Source: Selaginella moellendorffii (lineage: Eukaryota; Plantae; Lycopodiophyta). Taken from it: a stretch of DNA of 64,000 bases. The DNA lies in NCBI RefSeq assembly GCF_000143415.4, contig NW_003314279.1:1040091-1104090 (forward strand), given 5' to 3'. The notes under the pieces are model-generated. The model had not been told where the DNA came from and did no database searches. It saw only the letters and a list, made by a program, of their open reading frames with translations. Made by a program: the position numbers and the translations under genes. Positions 1 to 9,897 of the stretch are shown here, piece after piece (within the stretch, counting starts at the first letter, position 1; each line of letters begins with the position of its first letter).

Positions 1-627
1 TATCCGGCCGCCTTGTCAGTCACAGCGTACTCCTACTTCTTTGGAGCGGGGATGATGGCTCTCGCGGCCTTGTTCACCACAAGAGAGCCGTCAAACTGGT
101 CACTAAACAGCTCGGAGGTCTTTTCTGTGATATATGCTGTAAGTTCCAACATTTTGCGTTCCTTTCCAGCTGATGGAAGAACTTGGTTTCTCACAGGGCG
201 TGATCGCATCTGCACTAAATTATTGGTTACTCACTTGGACCAACAAGCTGCTTGGGCCGTCGTTGGTCGCACTCTATATGCCTCTGCAACCATTTGCCAC
301 GGCAATTCTTGCACACTTTCTTCTCGGCAGTCCTATTTACCTCGGGAGGTCAGCTAAAAAACCGATTTTTTCAAGCTGTTTGTGTTGATATTTGTCTTCT
401 CCAGTGTCTTTGGAGGTGGACTAATTATTCTCGGCCTCTACTGCGTGACATGGGGAAGATGGCAAACTGAGAAACTCCTGCTAGCCACGTCCCATAAACG
501 AGAAGATCACTTCGAGCGATGGAGAGGAGAAGAAGATCTTCCTCTCACGGAATCGCTCTACAGGCTTCTGGATCCCAAAGGCTTGACACAATTGCCACTG
601 TCAAGATCCTGGGGAGAACCACAATGA
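1..627 (+). CDS. WAT1-related / nodulin MtN21 (EamA, UMAMIT-like) transporter, 3' part; exons <1-138, 197-348, 405-627
   Basis: Spliced translation [15 protein letters not shown]...VIYA|[32 protein letters not shown]...GSPIYLG|[18 protein letters not shown] is the typical second EamA repeat. GT-AG introns at 139-196 and 349-404 join the frames. Confidence 0.9.
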
Positions 628-798
628 CCAGCAATGAACTCCATCGAGGTACTTTACAAATCCTGCCTCTTTTTTGGTTTTCATTACAAGTGTAGAGAAA
701 AATATGTATCACAACACCTTAGGCACTTCATACCTTGAGGGCTCTCTCTTTTGTCGATGTACAAAATTACTTACTGTTCCTAGTTCTTCCTAGCAGCA

Positions 799-1233
799 TC
801 AAGGGACTTCCAGCAAGCTTGGAGAATCGTTTTTATCCGAGTTGAGATCGAGGGCGCTGAGATCTTTCGCCAGGCTGGTGTTGTGCTGATCTTGCTCTTT
901 GTTCTCTGTGAAAAGGACAATCAAAGGGGTAAAGCTTAAAAGATTTGACTCACCACTGTTGTTGTAGACAGCCGCGCTGTCGTCCTCGGCCAGGAATTCC
1001 ATCTCTTCTTCCTCTTCCATAAGCTCCATCTCCAGCGCCTCTAGATCCTCGGGGCTCAGCTCCTCCTCCATTCCCTGGTACCTCTCCCTGAGCCAGTAAT
1101 CTCTAAACGCGGGGCAATTCTCTACCAGGCACCACCACTCGGGCGAGAAATCCTCCGTGTCGATGTAGGCCGCCGGGATGAAGAGCGGCGCGTGGGGATT
1201 GAGCGTCGACGCCACTGGCGCTTTCACTGCCAT
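799..1233 (-). CDS. ERD15: ERD15-like PAM2-motif (PABP-interacting) protein; probable in-frame 48-nt intron 953-906
   Basis: [12 protein letters not shown] (PAM2) followed by [22 protein letters not shown] and an acidic tract. GTGAG...CAG intron on the minus strand. Confidence 0.85.
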   Translation of the reverse strand: MAVKAPVASTLNPHAPLFIPAAYIDTEDFSPEWWCLVENCPAFRDYWLRERYQGMEEELSPEDLEALEMELMEEEEEMEFLAEDDSAAVYNNSGESNLLSFTPLIVLFTENKEQDQHNTSLAKDLSALDLNSDKNDSPSLLEVP

Positions 1234-1255
1234 AGCTCGCTTCGCTTCACAAGGA

Positions 1256-1740
1256 AAACCCTAGAAAAAAACATTGAGCACAGCGTTAAGTAGCGGTATA
1301 TTCTACTCCGCTAACGGTATATCCCGTATAACGGTAAATACCGGCAGAATATCCCTCCGGCGCAATACGGACGCGCGTCAACGGCTCCGAGCAGCGCGGA
1401 CAGCGACGTTGACGTCGAATATCCGGGGCCCGCCAACGGCTCAGATGCCCGGATTGACTGACTGCATCCAACGGCCGTGGATGTGAGAGCCGGGGCGCCG
1501 GACCGACGGCCACGATGCGCGCTGCAGCGTCTTCCATTGGCACAATCGCATTGTTTTTTCATTGTTTTTCGCCACCACCCGCGGCTATGGCGGATCGCCG
1601 TGCGCATTGCGCTTCATGGACGTCGCGTTCGCCACGCCATCTCGCGCCGGGCGCGCTGGCGATGGCCGATCTGGCGGCTTGATCACGTAGGGGAGAATAT
1701 CGCCTGTAGCCTCGCTCCTTCCAGTAGATTCTAGGGTTTT
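1256..1740. promoter_or_regulatory. Divergent promoter between ERD15-like and EBS-like genes, with two telo-boxes and five AACGG (MSA/MYB-like) motifs
   Basis: AAACCCTAG at 1256-1264 and CTAGGGTTTT at 1731-1740. AACGG-containing sites at about 1311, 1328, 1378, 1433 and 1468. Confidence 0.55.
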
Positions 1741-1981
1741 GGGCGATGGCGGGGGAGAGGCGGTCCGAGGTGCTGCGTCGGCGCCGGCCGCGCCAGGCCA
1801 ATGCTAGGGATTGAGCTGCTAGCTAGGGATTGTGTGTGTGTGGGCGCGCCTCGATCAGCGAGCTCTCTGGCGGGCTCCAAGTTTTCTTCCCAGGAGGGCG
1901 ATTCTTTTGCATGACAACGCTCACCCGGGCTTCCAGGCGCTGGCAGGAGAAGAGATTCATCGTCGATAGCGTAGCTACAGC

Positions 1982-2966
1982 ATGGTTAACAAAGGAGTGA
2001 AGAAAGTGCTCGACTCGTACACTATCAAGGGGACCAACAAGACCATCAAAGGTACGTGCTTTCCTCAGTGCATGTAGAGAGGAGAGGCAGCATTCTCCGA
2101 GAGGAAAGGCATTGATCCAAGAAATGGATTCTTTGGTTTGCTTTCTTTTGCTTGCAGTTGGAGACGCAGTGTTGATGCGTGCTCAAGATCCCGAGAAGCC
2201 GCCATACGTTGCTCGCGTAGAGCAGATCGAGGCGGACACCAAGAACAATGCCAAGGTCCGGGTGAGGTGGTACTACCGGCCCGAGGAATCCATGGGCGGC
2301 CGGAGACAGTTCCATGGATTCAAGGAGCTCTTTTTGTCGGACCACTACGACGTCCAGAGTGCCGATACCATCGAAGGCAAGTGCATTGTTCATACTTTCA
2401 AGAACTACACCAAGCTGGAGAGTGTGGCATCCGAGGACTACTTTTGCCGGTTCGAGTACAAGGCGGCCACGGGAGGCTTCACTCCGGATCGAGTCGCAGT
2501 GTAAGATTGACAAAGCTCTCACTTTGGATTCTCTATCTTATGCTCTCTTTTTTTGGGTTTGAAACAGGTACTGCAAGTGCGAGATGCCTTACAACCCGGA
2601 TGATCTTATGGTGCAGTGTGAGGAGTGCAAAGACTGGTAAGAATCAGTTTCTCTCAAATCCAAAAGCCTTGGCAGCCTCCGATGAAAAAAATGGCAGGTT
2701 TCATCCATCTTGCATCGGACTGCCGGTGGATCAAGTGAAGAAGATGGAGAGCTACTACTGCCCGGATTGCTCTCCGCAAGCACAAGACAAGTCCAAGCCC
2801 ACGGGTCACAAGGTGTCGTCCTCTAAGCCGAAGCTCCCGCAGAAAGTTTCGCCTCCGCAAGAACTCAAGGTACTAAGCTACACGAGAGTGGAAAAAAAAA
2901 ACTACCTTTTTCTATTTGAAGTGATTGATTTACCTGCAGGTGGATCCAAAGCGGCGAAAGAAGTAA
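1982..2966 (+). CDS. EBS: BAH-PHD chromatin reader, EBS/SHL family; exons 1982-2051, 2158-2500, 2568-2636, 2698-2869, 2940-2966
   Basis: [14 protein letters not shown]|VGDAVLMR...[21 protein letters not shown]...FTPDRVAV|[23 protein letters not shown]|FHPSCIG...YYCPDC...|VDPKRRKK*. All four introns are GT-AG. EBS versus SHL orthology is not resolvable by eye. Confidence 0.93.
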
Positions 2967-3319
2967 TGGCAAGAAGCCTTGGCAGCAGCAGTGGGATGAG
3001 TAAAACAGAAAAAAACACTTATTTTACTGAGAGCACAGTGTTGTGGCCACGGCAAAAGCTCAAGTGGCTGAGAGAGGGAGAGAGAGAGAGAGGAGATGTA
3101 AAGCCTCTAGCGAGAAGGGGAAGTAACTTGTCTCTGTTGTGTAAGATCATTGCGGGAAGGTGTAAGATCATCTCGAATCTCTGTTATAATCTATAATCAA
3201 AGTCACTATTATGGAGAAAGTTTTCTTCTGTTGATTCAACGGTCTCCTCGTTTTTCGGTAGAACTTAGATCTTCCTCGTTTTCCGGAGAAAGTGAAGAGA
3301 AAATAGCTAGTTTCATGGA

Positions 3320-3770
3320 GCAGCAAAGAAACTCACGCTTTGATCACTGGAAGCATGCTCTAAGTTTGAGGCAACGTTTTGATGCTTCCTTCGTCGCGAA
3401 TCTCACTTCCAACAAGAGCTTTCAATCCTACAAACGCAAACTCCACGACATTTGCGGCGAGCCAGATGATCTTTCGCAAACCGAGAGCTAACTTTCTAGC
3501 TCCTCGCAAAAAGAAAGAAGCTTGCCATGGGATCTTTCTTTTTGCGAGGAGCCAGAGGGGGTGGTGTTGTGACCTCTTATGCCGAGTGTGGCCGAGCAGC
3601 AAACTAACTCACGATTTGATCACACCCCCAAAGTTTAGGAACAGCGATTCGACGCTTCCTTCGTCGCCACATTCACCTCCAACAAGAGCTTTCAATAATC
3701 ATACAAAGCGCGAACTCCACGACATTGTTGCTTACTCGCGGTGATCCAGATGGTCTTTCGCAAAACCTTA
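3320..3770 (+). repeat. Diverged tandem duplication of about 170 bp (about 3320-3490 and 3595-3770)
   Basis: Shared blocks TTTGATCAC, GCTTCCTTCGTCGC, CCAACAAGAGCTTTCAAT, AACTCCACGACATT and CCAGATG.TCTTTCGCAAA occur in the same order in both copies. Confidence 0.75.
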
Positions 3771-4867
3771 CGAAGCCACGATTCAAGCTATCGAAAGCGA
3801 AAGCTCTTCACAGATCATTTTCTGTTTTCGAATGTCAAAACGTACTTTTGAGAGTGTTCGACATCACTGTTTTCTCTTCTTTTATTTTACTCGATCTGTT
3901 GACAATTTGCCTCCTCATCCACTAGAGCCATATTCTATTCGATTTGATCGCGAGAATATAATCAAAGCCGCTGGTCTTTCCTTCCAGCCTCGATCGAAGA
4001 CTCTCAGTTGTGTCAGTGCGACTCTTTCGCAACAAAGAAAAAAACACAGAGGATATGATCCTACATACAAGATGACGAGGAATTCACAACATCGGAAGCA
4101 CAGTAGCGCTACTGGTTGGTTTTGTTTGGTGGTTTGGACTCCAGCGAATCGTGAATTGGTGGCCGCGCACACGCAAAATCTCGTTCTTTTCCTTCCGTGC
4201 TCCTTGTCAACATTCTTGGGCTTGATCTCGCTCGCATCAGCGTATATTTCCACTGTACCGGCGAGCCAGCGCGAATCGGCCCACCACAAATCCGAATGGT
4301 CACCGCCAACTTCCAAATCTCCCAGAGTTTCTCTTTCCTCCCCGGTTTTTTTTTTTCTTTTCTTTTCATTTTTGCTCTCTTTTCTTTGGTTTTCCGTGAG
4401 GATAAAATCCTTGACTTCATGCCTCGCTTTTGTTCCAATAATGCAGAGATGTCCGCGCTTTATTGACAAAAATGTCCACTCGGAGATGAGCGCAAAGTTA
4501 CTCGCGCGGTGCGGTGCTCTCCCGAAAAAAAGAAAGAGAGAGATTTTTAAAGAAAATCTAGGCGTGAAGATTTGGAAGACGGAAAAAAACAAAAAAAAAA
4601 CAAGTCCCAAGCGGGGCAGCGTGTTGATCTTGCAATCCGGGAGGAAAGCGAAAGCTGAAATGACCCTTCGACTTTTAAAGCTTTTGTGTTCCTGGGGAAG
4701 AAGCAAACGAAGTCAAGTTGGGAGGAGCTCACACCGACGGGTAGATCAATGTCTAGAACTAGATAAGTTTCACGCCGACAAAGCTCTTCGCATGGCTCGC
4801 AAGATCCTCCGCGCTTCCTAGGAGATAAGCTTCCCCAAGAGCTCGCTACATCCACAAAGTTCTTGGC

Positions 4868-5557
4868 ATGGCTCGCAAGATCCTCAGCACTTCCCCTCCA
4901 CCGGAGGACTCGCGGAGCCCGCTCCACATCTCCTCGTACAGCCTCCCATCCGGCTCCCGGATCCCCAAGGTGATGATCGCGGTGGTGGCGGGATTCGTGC
5001 TCACCACCGCCATCATCTATTACACTTGCAAGTGGGTCTTCCGCAAGAAGTGCCCCGACGCCACCGACGCCACCGCCGCCGCCTCCGGCGCCCCTCCGCC
5101 ACAGCCGGACTCGCTCGAGGAGCTCCAGGCCCGGGTCACCAAGAGCCTGGCGCAGCGCCTGGGCAGCAAGATCGCCACGGCCATCCCGACGGTGAGCTAC
5201 GCGGAGCTGGCGGAGTTCCGTGCCAGGGGCGATCCCAGCGGTGGCGCCGCCGCCGCGGAGGCGGAGGCTTGCGCGGTCTGCCTCACGGACTTCTCCAAGA
5301 ACCCGGCGGGGACCAAGATCAAGATCCTGCCCAAGTGCGCGCACGCATTCCACTGTAGCTGCATCGATCTGTGGCTCATGACCCACGCCTCGTGCCCGAT
5401 CTGCCGCGCCAGCTTGTTCGTAGCGCTGGCGGACCTAAATGCCTGGGCCTCTCGCGGCGGCGCCTCCTCTTCCCCAACGCCGCCGCCGCCGCCTCCAATC
5501 GAGCATCGTCCTCCTCTTCCGCCCGAGCGCCGCCCCGAGGATCAAGGAGGCGTGTGA
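4868..5557 (+). CDS. ATL-family RING-H2 E3 ubiquitin ligase
   Basis: N-terminal TM segment (VMIAVVAGFVLTTAIIYY) plus CAVCLTDF...LPKCAHAFHCSCIDLWLMTHASCPICR; intronless. Confidence 0.92.
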   Translation: MARKILSTSPPPEDSRSPLHISSYSLPSGSRIPKVMIAVVAGFVLTTAIIYYTCKWVFRKKCPDATDATAAASGAPPPQPDSLEELQARVTKSLAQRLGSKIATAIPTVSYAELAEFRARGDPSGGAAAAEAEACAVCLTDFSKNPAGTKIKILPKCAHAFHCSCIDLWLMTHASCPICRASLFVALADLNAWASRGGASSSPTPPPPPPIEHRPPLPPERRPEDQGGV

Positions 5558-5595
5558 TAGTGTCCGAGAATCCCTAGATCTGTGAGGATTGGCTT

Positions 5596-7278
5596 TCACC
5601 CGTGTTCCCCGGCATCGAGACAGAGCATGTTGGAGACCAGGATATGGGATGCCGGGGAATCTCCAGCATTCCAGGATCCAGTGGCGGCGGCGGCGATGGC
5701 GGCGGCGCGGGAGCCCAGCTGGAGCTCGCCGTGGATTCCACACGCCGCCAGTAGCGTCTTGGCGGTGGTGGAATCGGGCACGAAGGGCATTGCGCCCATG
5801 AGCTCCAGCGCGCGGTCCGTGTGGCCGGCCTTGCCCAGCGCCGCGATCACGCAGTTGTAGTGCTCGATCGTGGCGGCGATCTGGTGGTCCGAGATCATGG
5901 ATTGGAAGAAGAATCGCGCCTCGCGCAGGGATCCGTGGTGGATGCAAGCGCCGAGAATCGCGGTGAAGGTGAGGTCGTCGGCAATTGCGCCACCCTCGAG
6001 CTCCATCTCGCGCGCGCGGTGGAAGCTCGCGGCGGGCAGCCCCGCGTTCGCGTAAGCGGCGATCGCGGCCGTCCATGAGATGGAATTCCGCTCCGGAATG
6101 GACTGGAAAAGAGACTCGGCAGCCGCCGGATCCCCCGAGCGGGCATACGCTGCAAGAACAGAGTTCCAGCACGAAAGACTGCTCTGCGGCATTCGATCAA
6201 GCACAGATCTCGCAAGAAGTGGACAGTTGTTGTCGGAGTATGCCGCGCCGATTGCGTTCCATGACACAGCGTTTCTGCAGCACATCGATTGAAAGATCTC
6301 TTGCGCTTTCTGGATTTGCCCTCTCTGGGCATGAGCCGTAATCAGCGACGTCCACGAGATCGTATCTTTCGCAGGCATTCTCTCAAGAACTGCTGTGGCC
6401 GAGGACAACATCCCGTTTTCTATGTAGACATGAAGAATTGCGTTCCAGGAGACGATGTTCCTTTGCGGCATCTCATCGAAGACTTTCTTCCCATGAACCA
6501 CATCTCCGCCAGCGGCAAAGGTGGCAAGAAGCGCAGTTGAGGAGCAGATATTGTTCTTGGGAATCATCCGGCACAGAGCCTTTGCAAGATCAATTTCAGA
6601 GCACTGCGAGCACGCAGCGATCATCGAACACCATGACACGTCGCTCTTTTCTGGCATCAAATCAAACACCCTTTTGGCCTCGACTATATGCCCAGATTGG
6701 GCATACGCAGTCACCACAGCCGTCCACGCCACCACATTCCATGCGGGCATTTTCTCCAGAACGTCCCAAGCGCCATCTCCTGCGTACGATGAAATCATGG
6801 CCGTCCACGCGACTACATCCCTTCCAGACATTCCGGCATAGAACAATCTCCTCGCGCAAAGGAACCGGCTGTGCTTCACATAGGCTTGGATCAAGCTTGT
6901 GACTGCAATGGGATTGCTCTCCGGAATTCTTTCTAGAATGGCAGTGGCATCGTCTATGAGACCGTGTTGGGCGCAGCACTGAACCACCGACGCCCACGAG
7001 ACCGAGTCGGTCTCGGGCATCTTCTCGAAGGTAGTCCGAGCTTCTTGTGGATGCCCAGACTGGGCATATGCAGCAATCAGCAAGTTCCAGGAGAAAACGT
7101 TTCGATTATTCAGTCCGTGGAAGATGAACTCTCCAGCTTCTAAATCACCACACCTCACAAACATCTGGATGAGGAGATTGTGTAAGTAAGTGTCCTTGCT
7201 GTGGACAAGGGCATTGTAAATCTGCCAACCTTGATTGATATCTTTACACTTTCTTATCAAGCTCGCAAACTTTTGCAT
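5596..7278 (-). CDS. PLS-class PPR protein with E domain, no DYW (PPR1)
   Basis: Tandem ~31-aa motifs (FDEMPQRNIVSWNAIL type) ending in DDLTFTAILGAC...EHYNCVIAALGKAG...MPFVPD...LLAACGIHG. First ATG at 7278. Confidence 0.9.
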   Translation of the reverse strand: MQKFASLIRKCKDINQGWQIYNALVHSKDTYLHNLLIQMFVRCGDLEAGEFIFHGLNNRNVFSWNLLIAAYAQSGHPQEARTTFEKMPETDSVSWASVVQCCAQHGLIDDATAILERIPESNPIAVTSLIQAYVKHSRFLCARRLFYAGMSGRDVVAWTAMISSYAGDGAWDVLEKMPAWNVVAWTAVVTAYAQSGHIVEAKRVFDLMPEKSDVSWCSMIAACSQCSEIDLAKALCRMIPKNNICSSTALLATFAAGGDVVHGKKVFDEMPQRNIVSWNAILHVYIENGMLSSATAVLERMPAKDTISWTSLITAHAQRGQIQKAQEIFQSMCCRNAVSWNAIGAAYSDNNCPLLARSVLDRMPQSSLSCWNSVLAAYARSGDPAAAESLFQSIPERNSISWTAAIAAYANAGLPAASFHRAREMELEGGAIADDLTFTAILGACIHHGSLREARFFFQSMISDHQIAATIEHYNCVIAALGKAGHTDRALELMGAMPFVPDSTTAKTLLAACGIHGELQLGSRAAAIAAAATGSWNAGDSPASHILVSNMLCLDAGEHG

Positions 7279-7327
7279 CACATTCTTGAGACAAGAGCTT
7301 TGTGTCTAGACTTTAATCTCTATGGTT

Positions 7328-9487
7328 CTAGTTTGCGACATCAAAGTGATCGTCCCAAGCGCTCTCATTGTTTGCAAAGCTTTTGTGGAGATCAAAAGCC
7401 CAGGTGTTGGAAAGCAACACGTAAGAAGACGTGAGCCCCGCATCGATGGTGAAAACTCTCCTCGCAGCGGCCTGGCCGAGTGTGATCTCCCCTTGCATCG
7501 AGCAGGCGCCGAGAAAGCTTGTCCATGGAGCAGTGTGGCTTTGCTCGGGCATCCGGCGGAGCAGCTCCCCGGCCTCCTCCAGCCGCCCTACCCGACACAG
7601 AGAATCGATCACACACCCGTAGTGGCTGCGTAGTCTTGAGAGGCCGCGCTCGCTGAGAGACGCAAAATGGTGCCAAGCCTCGTCCAGCCTTCCGGCATGG
7701 CTGCAAGCAAAAATTACTGCCAAGATGGTCACCTCGTCCGGCCTATCACCCTCGAGTTCCATCAGCGAGAAGAGCTCCAGCGCCTCCGGGGAAGCGCCGT
7801 TCTGCGCATTCCCAGCGACGATTGCATTCCAAGACATCACGCTCTTGCACGGCATTTGCAAGAACAGCTCCTTAGCTTCGTGGAGCTGCCCGTTTTGGGC
7901 ATATCCGGCAACGATGGCGTTCCACGAAACCAGATCCTTCTCCGGCAATCCATCAAACAATGCCCGAGCTTCGTCCATATACCCGTTTTGACCATACAGA
8001 GAGATCATCGCGTTCAAAGACACAATGTTCCACTGCGCCATCTTTTGGAACATTGCGAACGAAATCTCCATGTTTCTGTGCTGGCCATACGACGCCGCCA
8101 GCGTCGTCCACACAACCACGCCTCTCCCGCTCATGGAATCAAAAAGCATCTTCGATTCCTCAAAATGCCCGGCTTGGGCACATGCTGCGATTATGAAACC
8201 CCAAGATATTGTATCTGCCTCGGGCAAGCGATCAAAGAGCTGCCTAGTCTCGCGAAACTCACCACGGATCGCATACGCTTCCATCATCACATTGAACGAG
8301 ACGACGTCATGCTGGGGCATCATCTCGAAGAGCTTCCTCCCGGCCTCCAAATCCCGCCTTGCGCTAAATCCCGACACCAGCATCGTCCACACCACAATGT
8401 CGCGATCGGGGATCGCCCAAAACAGCCTCACCGCGTCGCCCATCTCGCTCAACTTCACGAGAGCGGAGAGCATCGTGGACCAGGTGACGGAATTCGAGTG
8501 AGGCATGAGGTGAAACACGGATCCGGCGTCCTCGATCCTCGAGTTTTGGACGCACGCCGACAGCATCATCCCCCAGGCGATGACATCCTTGAACGGCAAG
8601 AGATCAAAGAGCTCTCTCGCTCGCCCAAATTGCCCGCTCTGCGAGTAACCATCGAAGAGAGCGCCCCAAGAGAAGACGTTCCTCTCCGGCATCGCGTCAA
8701 AGCACTGGTGGGCAAACTCCAGGTCTCCGGAGGATGCAAATGCTCCAATCAGGACGTTCCATGTCACCTCGTTTCTCGCCGGCATGGAATCAAACAATCG
8801 ACGCGCTTGGACGAGATGCCCAGACCGGGCATATGCAGTTAGCATGGCTGTCCAGGACACCACGCTTCTCTGGGGCATCTTGGAGAATATTTTACTCGTA
8901 TCGTCAAGTTTTCCGTTGTTAGAGAACCCAACTAAGATCGAGGTCCACGAGTAAACGTTTCTCTGATCCATGGATTGAAACAACGCGAGCGCCTTGATCA
9001 GATCTCTGCTTGCGGCAAATGCATGGATCATGATGTTCTGCGCGATTGCATCCGCGTAAGGCAAAGAATCGAAGAGGATTTTCACGTCGTGGAAATGACC
9101 AGATTGAGAGCAAGCGCTGAGGAGCGTCGTATAAGCGACCAGGTTTTGCTCGGGCATTTTGTCAAAAATCAGTTTGGCCTGCAGCAAATGCCCGTTGCGG
9201 GCAAATGCCGCAAGCAGGAAGTTCCACGAGAACTGGCTCGTGCTGCCGCGGAGGGCGTTGAAAACAGCGAGAGCATCGCCAGGCGCGCCACATCTCCCAT
9301 ACATTTCCACCAGGCGATTGGCGAGAAATGTGCTGCAGGACTGGTCGCTAGATTGGATGAGCCTGTGGATCTTGCGCCCCTCAGCCAGGTCCCGAGCCGC
9401 CCCACACGATTTGATGAGCTCGGCGTAGTAGCCAGTAAGATCGTCCGCCTGACCTTTGGAGCGCTTGGAGGACCGAGCCAGTGACAT
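7328..9487 (-). CDS. PLS-class PPR protein with E domain, no DYW (PPR2)
   Basis: 719-aa ORF of SS-type repeats with C-terminal PDEVTILAVIFACSHAG...HYGCVIDSLCRVGRL...WTSFLGAC...SSYVLLSN. Confidence 0.93.
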   Translation of the reverse strand: MSLARSSKRSKGQADDLTGYYAELIKSCGAARDLAEGRKIHRLIQSSDQSCSTFLANRLVEMYGRCGAPGDALAVFNALRGSTSQFSWNFLLAAFARNGHLLQAKLIFDKMPEQNLVAYTTLLSACSQSGHFHDVKILFDSLPYADAIAQNIMIHAFAASRDLIKALALFQSMDQRNVYSWTSILVGFSNNGKLDDTSKIFSKMPQRSVVSWTAMLTAYARSGHLVQARRLFDSMPARNEVTWNVLIGAFASSGDLEFAHQCFDAMPERNVFSWGALFDGYSQSGQFGRARELFDLLPFKDVIAWGMMLSACVQNSRIEDAGSVFHLMPHSNSVTWSTMLSALVKLSEMGDAVRLFWAIPDRDIVVWTMLVSGFSARRDLEAGRKLFEMMPQHDVVSFNVMMEAYAIRGEFRETRQLFDRLPEADTISWGFIIAACAQAGHFEESKMLFDSMSGRGVVVWTTLAASYGQHRNMEISFAMFQKMAQWNIVSLNAMISLYGQNGYMDEARALFDGLPEKDLVSWNAIVAGYAQNGQLHEAKELFLQMPCKSVMSWNAIVAGNAQNGASPEALELFSLMELEGDRPDEVTILAVIFACSHAGRLDEAWHHFASLSERGLSRLRSHYGCVIDSLCRVGRLEEAGELLRRMPEQSHTAPWTSFLGACSMQGEITLGQAAARRVFTIDAGLTSSYVLLSNTWAFDLHKSFANNESAWDDHFDVAN

Positions 9488-9897
9488 TCTCGGGTCTCCT
9501 CCATAACTTTCAATACTTCATCATCCCTAACAGTTTTACTTGAGTCTAATGAGTCAATCCCTGAAATGCCAGCTTTTGTGAATGACCGCCACGACTTTCG
9601 TCCGTAAAAGAGAAAAGAGAAAAGTGATGGCTGAGCTATTTTTCTCTTTGCTGTATGTGGAGCATGTCATTGTAGACTATGACAACAAGGACTTTGAAGA
9701 TTCCAAAGGTGTTTGTCGTGATGCAGGGCCGCGCTCTGACGGTTGACGGCCTCTAAATATATGATAAACGCATCCAAAAAGAGTTGAAGAGAAGTCACAT
9801 TGCATTGTTCTGGCTTAAATAGCGAGTGACACAAACTCCTTGCCACAGTAGTGTAGTTCTAGTGAAGTTCCAAGGTTTTCATGGCTACTTGTGATCG

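Noticed and set aside
2138-3196. 352-aa ORF over the EBS-like gene
   Set aside because: It is an alternative frame crossing introns; only the PHD-encoding part is real coding sequence.
3832-4821. 329-aa plus-strand ORF and overlapping 263-aa minus-strand ORF
   Set aside because: Both run through poly-T/poly-A tracts, have no recognisable domain, and lie in the probable ATL promoter region.
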